From positions 1 through 30,640 of IMG/VR virus record IMGVR_UViG_3300020045_001088: a DNA stretch of 30,640 bases. One strand, 5' to 3'. The notes under the pieces are model-generated. The model ran no database searches and was not told the DNA's origin. It saw only the letters and a program-made list of their open reading frames with translations. Every line of letters begins with the position of its first letter. Position 1 is the stretch's first letter. Shown here piece by piece: positions 1 through 8,123 of this stretch. This DNA is from a virus. Taxonomy: Duplodnaviria > Caudoviricetes. The position numbers and the translations under genes are program-made.

Positions 1-72
1 TCAGGGTCATAGTCAGGGTCACGGTCAGGGTCAGGGTCAGGGTCAGGGTCAGGGTCAGGGTCAGGGTCAGGG
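1..72 (+). repeat. Hexamer tandem repeat (TCAGGG)x12, probably truncated by the window edge
   Basis: 10 perfect TCAGGG units plus TCATAG (7-12) and TCACGG (19-24); followed directly by TAA 73-75 in frame 1 (Ser-Gly repeat). Confidence 0.95.
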
Positions 73-94
73 TAACCCCCCTCCCCCCGAACAC

Positions 95-134
95 AAAAAA
101 AGGAAGCCTCGAATTATCGGGGCTTTTTGCTTTT
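95..134 (+). terminator. Rho-independent terminator, possibly bidirectional
   Basis: Stem AAGCCTCGA (104-112) / TCGGGGCTT (117-125), T-tract after and A-tract before. Confidence 0.75.
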
Positions 135-141
135 ATTGGGA

Positions 142-170
142 TTTGGGTGTTTGTTCAATGTTTACTTTTG
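142..170 (+). promoter_or_regulatory. Bacteroidota-type promoter upstream of the YopX gene
   Basis: TTTG 142-145 and TACTTTTG 163-170 match the -33/-7 consensus (17 nt spacer); ATG at 187. Confidence 0.6.
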
Positions 171-186
171 GGGAAATAAAAAGAAC

Positions 187-636
187 ATGAACAGATTAAG
201 CAAATTTCGCGGAAAATGTACCAAGTCAGGGGATTGGGTATATGGTGACTTAATACATGGTGTTGGCCATAAATCGGGCAACATTTACATTCTGCCAAGG
301 GTAATAAACTTGGCTGGCGTTAAGCATTGCGACCCGCTTGATGGGGTTAAGGTAATCCCCGAAACGGTTGGGCAGTTTACTTCGTTGTTTGATAAGAATG
401 GGGTTGAAGTTTTTGAAGGCGATATTATTTGTCATAACGATAAACGATTTGTTTGTGCGTGGTCTAAGGTTTGTGGCTACTGTTTTGTAGAGATGAATAA
501 AAACCTTGGTAGCTTCGCCAATGACGGGATTGTAATGATGAATCACAACAGGAGAACGCAATCGGAAATCGTAACTTACATTAAGTATTGTGAAATCGCA
601 GGCAACATTCACGAACAAAAACCAACAGAACAATGA
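187..636 (+). CDS. YopX-family phage protein
   Basis: KFRG..WVYGDL, VIPETVGQFT..DKNGVEVFEGDI and EIAGNIHE motifs. Start moved to ATG 187, downstream of the promoter. Confidence 0.85.
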   Translation: MNRLSKFRGKCTKSGDWVYGDLIHGVGHKSGNIYILPRVINLAGVKHCDPLDGVKVIPETVGQFTSLFDKNGVEVFEGDIICHNDKRFVCAWSKVCGYCFVEMNKNLGSFANDGIVMMNHNRRTQSEIVTYIKYCEIAGNIHEQKPTEQ

Positions 637-896
637 ACCAAGAACTAATTGAAAAGGCAAGACGCGGTGAAATTGCCGTGCATAATGTTGATTGTAGTGT
701 TGAGGAATTGAGGCAGGTGGTCAAGGATATTTGGCCTGACCAACACAATGACCTTCGCACCGAATTGAACCCCGAGTTTATGCACTACTTCATTCATAAC
801 GGACAATTATCTTGCGGGGTGTTGTTGTTTTTGCAAAAAAGACTTGAAGCCGTCCCCGTCCGTGACTTCCTAACCGAAAAAGAAACAGAACAATGA
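633..896 (+). CDS. Hypothetical protein
   Basis: ATGA overlaps with both neighbours. Confidence 0.7.
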   Translation: MNQELIEKARRGEIAVHNVDCSVEELRQVVKDIWPDQHNDLRTELNPEFMHYFIHNGQLSCGVLLFLQKRLEAVPVRDFLTEKETEQ

Positions 897-1105
897 ACCA
901 GCTTGAACCCAAAGAAAAGGCTAAGGAGTTAGTCGAGAAGTTTTATGATTTGCCAATAATACACGTAACGGCTAAAGATTGCGCCTTGATTGTTTGTGAG
1001 GTGATTATTGACGATGCTCTAAATGATTGGTGTGCAAATGCACCTAATATCAATCAAACGATTGAATATTGGCAAGAAGTAAAAACCGAAATACACCTAT
1101 TATGA
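893..1105 (+). CDS. Hypothetical phage protein (PKEKAKELV..YWQEVKTEI type)
   Basis: ATGA-coupled; resembles small proteins I recall from Bacteroidota phages. Confidence 0.7.
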   Translation: MNQLEPKEKAKELVEKFYDLPIIHVTAKDCALIVCEVIIDDALNDWCANAPNINQTIEYWQEVKTEIHLL

Positions 1106-1353
1106 AACAACTTGAATTTCTCCTCGGCTTCCTTTGGCCGTTCAAATCAAAGGCAAAGAGTAACAGAAAGGATTGGGTCGGAGTGCGAACTCAAAGCTCC
1201 TTTTACCCCCCTCAAAAGGGCTATAACGAACTTGCCTTACATCACCGAACCGCATCTTTGGAAATGTGGTTGGTTGACAGGAAGATTGGTAGAACAAAGA
1301 CTTGCCCGACAAAGGCGATGATAAAGAAACATAACGAGCAGAATAAGCCATGA
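1102..1353 (+). CDS. Hypothetical protein
   Basis: ATG 1102 overlaps the upstream TGA; its stop overlaps the next ATG. Confidence 0.6.
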   Translation: MKQLEFLLGFLWPFKSKAKSNRKDWVGVRTQSSFYPPQKGYNELALHHRTASLEMWLVDRKIGRTKTCPTKAMIKKHNEQNKP

Positions 1354-1709
1354 ACAAGAACATTAGACATAAGATTGGGGATAATGTTGTGGCCTTAACA
1401 GACCCGGAAAACGAAGAGTGCCAACCGAGAAAGAAAGGTCATGTTTATACGGTATTCGATGTTGCTTATTGCCCGAAGTGTGGGGTGCAAGAAATAAACA
1501 TTGGGCCGCACACAAATTCCGCTTATACATTGTGTGATTGCGGGGGTCGGCACGACACTCGTGGACTGTTTTGGACACACTCATGCCTATTCGCCCCAAT
1601 AGACGAGGCCACAATGCAATCAGCGATTGAAGAAGAAAACTACGAACTTGCCGCGATATTGCGCGACTTAATGATTGAACTCGAACCAATCAAACAATCC
1701 GAAGAATGA
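1350..1709 (+). CDS. Zn-ribbon protein with C-terminal UVR (UvrB/C)-like motif
   Basis: CPKCG and CDCG pairs; AIEEENYELAAILRD. Confidence 0.65.
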   Translation: MNKNIRHKIGDNVVALTDPENEECQPRKKGHVYTVFDVAYCPKCGVQEINIGPHTNSAYTLCDCGGRHDTRGLFWTHSCLFAPIDEATMQSAIEEENYELAAILRDLMIELEPIKQSEE

Positions 1710-1722
1710 CATATTTTTGACC

Positions 1723-2166
1723 ATGCAAAATACCCTCGTCATATCAGGTCGGGTAATCACACCCACCAACATAGCCAAGTTGAAAGCATACGCCCGTAGC
1801 CTATCCCGTGAGTGGGGGGACGATTACGTTCAGCAATCACTTATGAAGGCATGGCAGAAACAACCGAACCACCCCATCACTTACATATCACGGTCAATCC
1901 GTAACGCTCATTTGGACAGGGTGAAACTTAATTCGGAGAAAATGACCGAACACCCTGCAACTATTCCAGAAACGCAGGAACAAACGCAACCCGAAATCGT
2001 TGCCGTCCTTTCATCATTGCACCCACTTGAGCGCGTTATTATAATCGCCCGCTATAACGGGGTGGACTTTGCCGATATGGCTGCAAGCGCGGGGATTTCT
2101 GAAAGAACTGTTAGGCGAGTTGTTCACACCCTGCAAGCGAAATGCAGACAAATGATTGAGCAATGA
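1723..2166 (+). CDS. ECF/sigma-70 region 2 + region 4-like transcription factor (probable late regulator)
   Basis: DDYVQQSLMKAW..YISRSIRNAHLD (region 2); LHPLERVIIIARY.GVDFADMAASAGISERTVRRVV (region 4 HTH). Start taken at ATG 1723, after TATTTTTG 1712-1719. Confidence 0.75.
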   Translation: MQNTLVISGRVITPTNIAKLKAYARSLSREWGDDYVQQSLMKAWQKQPNHPITYISRSIRNAHLDRVKLNSEKMTEHPATIPETQEQTQPEIVAVLSSLHPLERVIIIARYNGVDFADMAASAGISERTVRRVVHTLQAKCRQMIEQ

Positions 2167-2552
2167 TTAAGCGTTGGAGAGTTGTGCCCGAAGTATTCAA
2201 TGAACGGATGGCAATATGTAACGCTTGCCCACACCTTGAAAACGGTCACACTTGCGGCCCGGTAGGAAGGGGGAAAGACCTCGAGGACGGAACGCATCTA
2301 TGCGGCTGCATTATGCGGCTTAAATGCGAACTCCCCGCCTCCGCTTGTCCTGTCGGCAAATGGGGTCACGCCCTTTCAAGAAAGGAGATTGAAAATATCA
2401 AAGAGGCAATCAGACTACTTGACCACGGTGGCAACCCCGCGCAAAGACGATGGGTAGATGATATTCTTGCCAAGTATATTGGAGGCAAACAAAACCTCGG
2501 ATGCCCGCCTTGTGTGAAAAAAGCCGCTGAAGACTTACGGCTTTTGCTTTGA
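2163..2552 (+). CDS. Cys-rich, probably metal-binding phage protein (DUF6171-like)
   Basis: ERMAICNACPH..CGCIMRLK..ACPVGKW and a C-terminal CPPC. Confidence 0.65.
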   Translation: MIKRWRVVPEVFNERMAICNACPHLENGHTCGPVGRGKDLEDGTHLCGCIMRLKCELPASACPVGKWGHALSRKEIENIKEAIRLLDHGGNPAQRRWVDDILAKYIGGKQNLGCPPCVKKAAEDLRLLL

Positions 2553-2593
2553 TTCAGCCATCTTTACAATGCCCTCGGCAATGCGCTTGACGT

Positions 2594-3079
2594 TCAAAAT
2601 ATAAGTATCGGCAGCCCGTTGTTGCTCCCGCCTCTCGTTTCGCAGTTCTCGCTTGTTTGCCATAGTGGGTAATCTGTTGAATTATCATTTAGGTACTTTA
2701 CCATTATGCGAAGATAGGTGTCTGCCGTTTCTCTTATCCAACCCATTTCCCTATCATTTGAGTTTGTGTCAATCGGAGCGGTGTCTTGGCTTGAGCGATT
2801 GAAAACCCCTCCATTATGAACCCTGGATTTGATACGGGGAAATGCATCAAGCAACGTATACCACGCCAAAGCAGGAACAATGTAATCATCTACCAAGGTG
2901 GCGAACACTCCTGCAGGGGGATTCATGGCTTTTAAGGCAATGTAAAAGTCAGCCCCTAAAGCCTGACGGATATACTTGTCCTGTGCGGTTGTAATGAAAG
3001 GCTGAATTAACGCCTCATCCGTCACCCCGCTTACTTGTGTTCGGTCTTTTACTTCTTGGACTGTGATAAAATCAGGCAT
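2594..3079 (-). CDS. Probable head-tail adaptor / head completion protein
   Basis: 161 aa directly after the portal; AQDKYIRQALG.DFY..DYIVPALAWY pattern. Confidence 0.6.
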   Translation of the reverse strand: MPDFITVQEVKDRTQVSGVTDEALIQPFITTAQDKYIRQALGADFYIALKAMNPPAGVFATLVDDYIVPALAWYTLLDAFPRIKSRVHNGGVFNRSSQDTAPIDTNSNDREMGWIRETADTYLRIMVKYLNDNSTDYPLWQTSENCETRGGSNNGLPILIF

Positions 3080-3082
3080 GGC

Positions 3083-4936
3083 TTATGGATTTTTAAGTGA
3101 ACCTCGGCTTGGCGTATCAATCGGGGCTATACCTTCAAGCCCCTTTTGCGGAACGAAAGGTACGTTGGCAACACGAACATCATTTTCAAGTCCTTTGTTT
3201 GGCAGGAAAGCCCCGTTTGCGGCACGTTTGCGGAAATAGATTTGACGCTTCCAATGGTGATGGCAATAAACGCCACCCTTCCAATCGAAGATGTTGTATG
3301 TGCTTTCACCCTGTGGTGCAAATTGACCATTTTCCCCGCTATTCGACATTTGGTTAATATCCTCATATCGGAAAACAACGCCCGAAACGCTCAAGCCAAC
3401 CATCTGCTGACAGAATGAACGGCTGCCAACTGAAAGGTTTTGAGAGTAGGCATATCGGAGTTTGTATAATCCTTTGTCACCCCATGCGCTTCTTTCTTCG
3501 GGGTTCGCGAAATCGTCAAGGGAAAGGAAAACAGGTTTGTATGTAGCCTCAAATTCAGACGTTCCCGCCTCTTCTTCGTGTACCAATTCCCAAACGTCTT
3601 TATCGACTATTTCACCGCAACCTTTCAATCTTTCAATTATTGTTGCCCCTTCTTCGTCTGACAGGTCGTGTTCGTGTTGGGATAGTTTTAATGCGGTGGT
3701 TGGCGTTTCAACCTCTTCATCGGGGAACATTTCAACAACGATATTCACGTCAAAGGCCATCGCTTGTTCGGCAATCACCCGCGCTTGTTCGGTAGTTATT
3801 GCCCCTGACTTGACAAGTCCAACGAGTTCAATTAACTTGCCTATTTGGCCGTCAGAGTATGCCGCTTGTTTGTCGGCAAACTCGTTGAAGTCCGTCTTAA
3901 ATTCAATCTTAATTCCAAGGTAATCCGAAAGGGGTTTAAGCCCGTCTTCAATGACCTCGCGGAAAGGAATGATAACGTCTTTGTAGAATTGAATGCGAGC
4001 CTTGTCAAATTCTTCTGCTGAATTTCCAAGGCCGCTGCTTTCCAAAACACCCATCAAACGGGGTGACGTTACCCTATGCCCTCGGAGGATTTGTAAGACA
4101 ACCTCACGCCCCAACATCTCGTAAATCTTATCCGCGTTGGTAGTTTCGGCAATGACAAATTCGGCTGCCGTATCTTTGGAATCGTTGAACATTACAACCG
4201 CCTTGCCCGCCTTGGTAGAACCTCGCAGCTTGTTATCGAGTTCCGCAACTATCTCGTCACGTTCTTCCGTGGTCTGTGGCCTTGAATTGTTCAAGTTGAT
4301 GAACACACTCGGGAACATTCCGTTGATAATGTTGGCAAGGTGCAACTCGCTAATTTGCCCTTCCAAGTCTATTGCTTTGACCGAACCAATGTAATCAGGC
4401 AAAGGGTAAACATCCTCCCCACTCAAAAAGCAATCAACCATAAGCACTTGCCGAAGGTCTTGAGCGATGGTAGCCTTGTTGAAAGTGGGTATTTTGACAA
4501 TTGGGAATTGCCCCAACTTTGACCAGTCTTGGCAGTAGTAAACGCTTTGAATTACCCCATGCTCACGGGGTGAACGCCTGACGGAGGCAAACGGTAAGTA
4601 ATTGATTTGGACTTGTGCCGCGTCACCGCTTTGGCAAATCTCAAGGTAGAAACCTCCGTGCTTCTTTGCGTCATTTACGGCAGACCTCATAACCTTAGCC
4701 AATCGGTTGTAATTGACCGACAAGCCATCTCCGTATATCATTTGGCTGATAGTGGTAACGGCTGCTGAATTGGTCGGGGAGTTTTGAAATAGGCCTTGGA
4801 TATATTGCGGCCAAAGGTTCTTTTTACCGTAGGGCACATACCCCAAACTCTTTGCTTGTTGCAGGTTTTCAGTCGGCAATGTTGGCACGTATTCGGCCAT
4901 TTTAATCACCCCTCCGCTAAAGTCTTTTTTTGCCAT
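3083..4936 (-). CDS. Portal protein with a C-terminal extension (minor-head-like domain)
   Basis: YGKKNLWPQY..SPTN, YPLPDY, NGMFPS, ILRGHRVTSPRLMG motifs; C-terminal RSFC..KGGVYCHHHW domain. Confidence 0.8.
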   Translation of the reverse strand: MAKKDFSGGVIKMAEYVPTLPTENLQQAKSLGYVPYGKKNLWPQYIQGLFQNSPTNSAAVTTISQMIYGDGLSVNYNRLAKVMRSAVNDAKKHGGFYLEICQSGDAAQVQINYLPFASVRRSPREHGVIQSVYYCQDWSKLGQFPIVKIPTFNKATIAQDLRQVLMVDCFLSGEDVYPLPDYIGSVKAIDLEGQISELHLANIINGMFPSVFINLNNSRPQTTEERDEIVAELDNKLRGSTKAGKAVVMFNDSKDTAAEFVIAETTNADKIYEMLGREVVLQILRGHRVTSPRLMGVLESSGLGNSAEEFDKARIQFYKDVIIPFREVIEDGLKPLSDYLGIKIEFKTDFNEFADKQAAYSDGQIGKLIELVGLVKSGAITTEQARVIAEQAMAFDVNIVVEMFPDEEVETPTTALKLSQHEHDLSDEEGATIIERLKGCGEIVDKDVWELVHEEEAGTSEFEATYKPVFLSLDDFANPEERSAWGDKGLYKLRYAYSQNLSVGSRSFCQQMVGLSVSGVVFRYEDINQMSNSGENGQFAPQGESTYNIFDWKGGVYCHHHWKRQIYFRKRAANGAFLPNKGLENDVRVANVPFVPQKGLEGIAPIDTPSRGSLKNP

Positions 4937-4938
4937 AA

Positions 4939-5283
4939 TCAAGTTATTCTAAGCGTTCCCTGCTCAACAAGTAAGTCAGCGGAATCGGGGTCTAAGTTAG
5001 TGGAAGATGTTTGAGCATAGACGTAATAAACATAAAGCCCCGCATCAGATAACTCGATGTTACCTGACAGGGGGGCTTCAACGTTTGTGTCAATTGTTGC
5101 TTCTTGATAAACACCGTAATCGGTTGTTATATCAAGTATGCAAGCGGTGATTACCGTTTCGGGAATCGTCTGTGACCGAACCGTAAACAAGTAGTAAGGG
5201 TTGACAAGATTACTGCCCGTCAGCCCCTCCGATAGTGTCATCACCATCGTCTGATTGGCCGTCTGTTGGATTAGGTGCAGCAT
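4939..5283 (-). CDS. Virion-associated hypothetical protein (beta-rich)
   Basis: ATG 5283; YYLF..GLYVYYVYAQTSSTNLDP..VEQG; lies in the structural operon. Confidence 0.6.
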   Translation of the reverse strand: MLHLIQQTANQTMVMTLSEGLTGSNLVNPYYLFTVRSQTIPETVITACILDITTDYGVYQEATIDTNVEAPLSGNIELSDAGLYVYYVYAQTSSTNLDPDSADLLVEQGTLRIT

Positions 5284-5455
5284 CTTTCTTTCCTTTTTTT
5301 GCTTTCGGTTTGCCACCTTCTTCGACCCACTCAACCGCGTTTGGGTTCAATGTGGCAATGTGGGCCAACCCTTGTTGGTCGCCCTTTACCTCATTTGCCT
5401 TTACATCGATTGTAATGCCGAAGTGAATGATTTTGTCAACTTTTGCTTTCCACAT
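5210..5455 (-). CDS. Small hypothetical protein
   Basis: Starts 2 nt after the tail tube stop; its acidic tail overlaps the next gene by 74 nt. Confidence 0.5.
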   Translation of the reverse strand: MWKAKVDKIIHFGITIDVKANEVKGDQQGLAHIATLNPNAVEWVEEGGKPKAKKGKKDAAPNPTDGQSDDGDDTIGGADGQ

Positions 5456-5457
5456 AA

Positions 5458-5997
5458 TTACAGCCCCGGTACAATGGTGATGTTCGAGAATCCCGCTGCA
5501 CCGAATGGAGTAGCGTTGTAAGTCAATGCGTACGGAGGTGTCTTTGAGTTGTTCTGAAACGTCACCGTAGTGCCGCTAAAGTCACCCATTTGCTCGCCCG
5601 TACCGAAAGGAGCGGTTACCCCTCTCGCATCCTGCAATACCCATATTTGACCCTGTTGGTCTAAAGCAAATACCCAAAGGTTATTACTCTGTAATTGGTC
5701 ATGCAGTTCCTGTGTTTCCAACGGCTCAAGATTCGGCAACTTCATCATTACGCTATTCTGATAGAACAATGTATGGTTCTCGTTGCTTATCTGTGGTTCG
5801 CTTGAAAATGACCCGAAGCCATATTGGCTTTCGAGGTCATATTCATATACGCTTGCCGTTCCTAAAGCCGTGATAAGCCCTCCCGCAATGGTTGTACCCG
5901 TTGCGAAGTCATCACCGACCGCCAAATATACTTTTTGCAAGCCGCCCACGTTGGTACGGCACACTCTTAATCGTCCTTCGCTTACGTTGCAAGCCAT
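5458..5997 (-). CDS. Major tail (tube) protein
   Basis: 179 aa after the capsid gene; MAC..GR..C..VGGL..VY N-terminus and G..MGDFSG.TVTF motif. Confidence 0.65.
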   Translation of the reverse strand: MACNVSEGRLRVCRTNVGGLQKVYLAVGDDFATGTTIAGGLITALGTASVYEYDLESQYGFGSFSSEPQISNENHTLFYQNSVMMKLPNLEPLETQELHDQLQSNNLWVFALDQQGQIWVLQDARGVTAPFGTGEQMGDFSGTTVTFQNNSKTPPYALTYNATPFGAAGFSNITIVPGL

Positions 5998-6010
5998 AGT
6001 ATTTCAGTTA

Positions 6011-6925
6011 TTATGCCCGATAAAGGCCGATTTCAGCACCCAAACGATATTGCACGTTCATACCAGTCTGCAACTTCAAACGCAACTTGTTTTCGTTGGT
6101 TGTAGTTCGCATATCAACAATGGACATTTGACCTTGTTGGTCAGCCGAACCCGTACCAAACCACAAGTTGTCTTTGTGCGCGCATACCATTGTATTGGCG
6201 GCAAGACCCGGACACTCGATGATTTGGAATCCATCCGCGAACACCATTGGGATAGTGTTGTCGGCATTGTACCTGTCAAGGTATCCAAGCGTTTGTTGCG
6301 AGTAGATGTACAAGCGTGCAGTCACGGGCGCAACATAGATGTTCGGCTTGATTGTCTTTTGAATCACGGCAGGGTTTGTTGCACCCGCAGCGGTAATCAA
6401 CAGTTTCAATTTGTCAACGATGTTTCCCTCTGTCAATGCAACAGGAGCGGCAACGTCATTGACGGCAGCATCAGCCAAGAATCTTTCGATGAACCCGCTG
6501 AACGAGTTTGCACCCGCTGTGCCTTCCCAAATCATTTCTTCGGTAGCCGCTTGCGCTTTACCAACCATGTCAGCAATCAAAGCCGCTTGAAACACTTCGG
6601 GAGCGTTGTCACCGGGCCAAGGTGCACCCATAGTGATAGAATCCCAAAGACCTGTTAAGTCTTTGAAGCAAACCTCTTTGGCGATTTCAAGACCCAACAA
6701 CTCCAACACTCTGTCGGCAGTTGTGATTGAACCCGCTGCCGTGAAATCACAGTTGGCAGCCGCCCATGTGCCGGTTGTGTCAAGGTTTGATAAGTTCAGT
6801 TTTGTTTTGATTCCCTCGCGTACCGAAATATGCTGAAGGGTTTTCAGTTCTTTGACCGCCTCCAAGAAGTAGTCGTCATTCCAGAGGCCTGAGTAGTTTG
6901 ACCCCGCTGTCATTGTTGTTGCCAT
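6011..6925 (-). CDS. Major capsid protein (HK97-like)
   Basis: 304 aa after protease and scaffold; CDFT..G.IT...RVL, EEMIWEG and NLWFGTG motifs. Confidence 0.8.
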   Translation of the reverse strand: MATTMTAGSNYSGLWNDDYFLEAVKELKTLQHISVREGIKTKLNLSNLDTTGTWAAANCDFTAAGSITTADRVLELLGLEIAKEVCFKDLTGLWDSITMGAPWPGDNAPEVFQAALIADMVGKAQAATEEMIWEGTAGANSFSGFIERFLADAAVNDVAAPVALTEGNIVDKLKLLITAAGATNPAVIQKTIKPNIYVAPVTARLYIYSQQTLGYLDRYNADNTIPMVFADGFQIIECPGLAANTMVCAHKDNLWFGTGSADQQGQMSIVDMRTTTNENKLRLKLQTGMNVQYRLGAEIGLYRA

Positions 6926-6928
6926 GTC

Positions 6929-7504
6929 TTAATTTTGAGATTGTGTTTGTAAAGAGGTGAGGATTTTTCCAAAGCGCTTTTCATAGCCTTCGCCCGCGTT
7001 TCGGAATTTAAATTCGTTGTTTACTTGAGTTGTGGTTTCAGTCACGTTGCGAACAGAATCGGGTTTGATAGCCGACAACTTCAATTCAACCGCAACTTTT
7101 GCAGCGGTCAATTCGGTTACTTGTTTGCCGAACTTCGCAACCTCGGCTTTTAAAGCCGTGATTTCAGCAGCTTTCGCAACCGTGTCAGCTTTCAACGTTT
7201 CGATTGTTTGGGCAAGTGCGGCAACCATCTCTTCGGCTTCTGCTTCCATGTTGTCAGCCTCAACCATTTCAGCGATTTTGCCACCTGCAACGATGATTGT
7301 AACACCGCTTTCAAGCGAGTAAGTACCATCTGCAACGGGCGCGCTCATTTCGGCATCTGAATAGATTGCATCGCCAACGGCAGGGGCCTCGGCATCAGTG
7401 TAAACTTGCCCACCTTCTTTCAGCGAGTGCGCTGCGAGGGTAACAGGTTGAATTTTGTTGTCTGTAAACAACTTGACCAAGCGGTCAAATGTGATTTTGT
7501 GCAT
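6929..7504 (-). CDS. Capsid scaffolding protein
   Basis: PVADGTYSLESG..I.V.GGKIAE domain followed by an Ala/Glu/Lys coiled coil; between protease and MCP. Confidence 0.65.
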   Translation of the reverse strand: MHKITFDRLVKLFTDNKIQPVTLAAHSLKEGGQVYTDAEAPAVGDAIYSDAEMSAPVADGTYSLESGVTIIVAGGKIAEMVEADNMEAEAEEMVAALAQTIETLKADTVAKAAEITALKAEVAKFGKQVTELTAAKVAVELKLSAIKPDSVRNVTETTTQVNNEFKFRNAGEGYEKRFGKILTSLQTQSQN

Positions 7505-7538
7505 GGGTGAATGTTTTATTGTTCACCCGAATAGACGG

Positions 7539-8123
7539 CTACTCGCCTATTTCTGCCAATATCGCTTTTATGAAGCGTTCCTCGGGTGTCATTTCAGCAC
7601 CCAACACCACTTTCTCCATATTTAGGTATGCCTCGATTGAATAGCCTGTCAGGCTTCCGTCTTTAATGCCCGCCCAAATCTCGTCATTGTCAATCTTCAT
7701 AGTGACCATGAGTGTTCCAACAGGCAACGTCATGCCAAGGGCTGCTGCTTTGTCCTTTTCGGTATCAGCAATGAGCCAAAGTTCGGTGACGTAAACGCCA
7801 TTGACCCCGATTTCGTGCATTGCCGTTACTTGATCCGTTCGCTTTTCTTTCATGTATTTGGCCGCGATTGCCTCCACAACGTCAGTCCGAAACAAAACCT
7901 CATATTCTTCGCCCCCTTCACCCTTACGGTAGATGGCCTTGTTTGGAATTAGTGCCGGGCCTGTAATGGTTCGCTTTTCCGCTTGAGTTGCGAAGAGTTG
8001 GGGAATGTCACGGTCATCGCGTAACGCTATCCATCCCGCCTCTATTGCGGGTTTGTCCACAAGGGAAATTGCAAACATCCCGTGAATGTTCAGGTCGGTG
8101 ATTTCTAACTCTATTCGTTTCAT
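7539..8123 (-). CDS. Prohead protease (XkdF-like serine protease)
   Basis: AISLVDKPAIE, GPALIPNKAIYR, His in TAMHE, G.LTGYSIE. Confidence 0.8.
   Translation of the reverse strand: MKRIELEITDLNIHGMFAISLVDKPAIEAGWIALRDDRDIPQLFATQAEKRTITGPALIPNKAIYRKGEGGEEYEVLFRTDVVEAIAAKYMKEKRTDQVTAMHEIGVNGVYVTELWLIADTEKDKAAALGMTLPVGTLMVTMKIDNDEIWAGIKDGSLTGYSIEAYLNMEKVVLGAEMTPEERFIKAILAEIGE

Noticed and set aside
10-12. TAG recoding (genetic code 15) suggested by the in-frame TAG in the repeat
   Set aside because: Long genes are uninterrupted in code 11, TAG ends genes normally (7539-7541, 20489-20491), and there is no suppressor tRNA.
1-72. True telomere
   Set aside because: At a left end a eukaryotic-type telomere would show the C-rich strand on top. 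Here the G-rich strand points inward, and the genome has a terminase/portal packaging system.
5783-6658. 291 aa plus-strand ORF and other antisense ORFs across 3.1-19.7 kb
   Set aside because: They are shadows of well-supported minus-strand structural genes and show no recognisable motifs.
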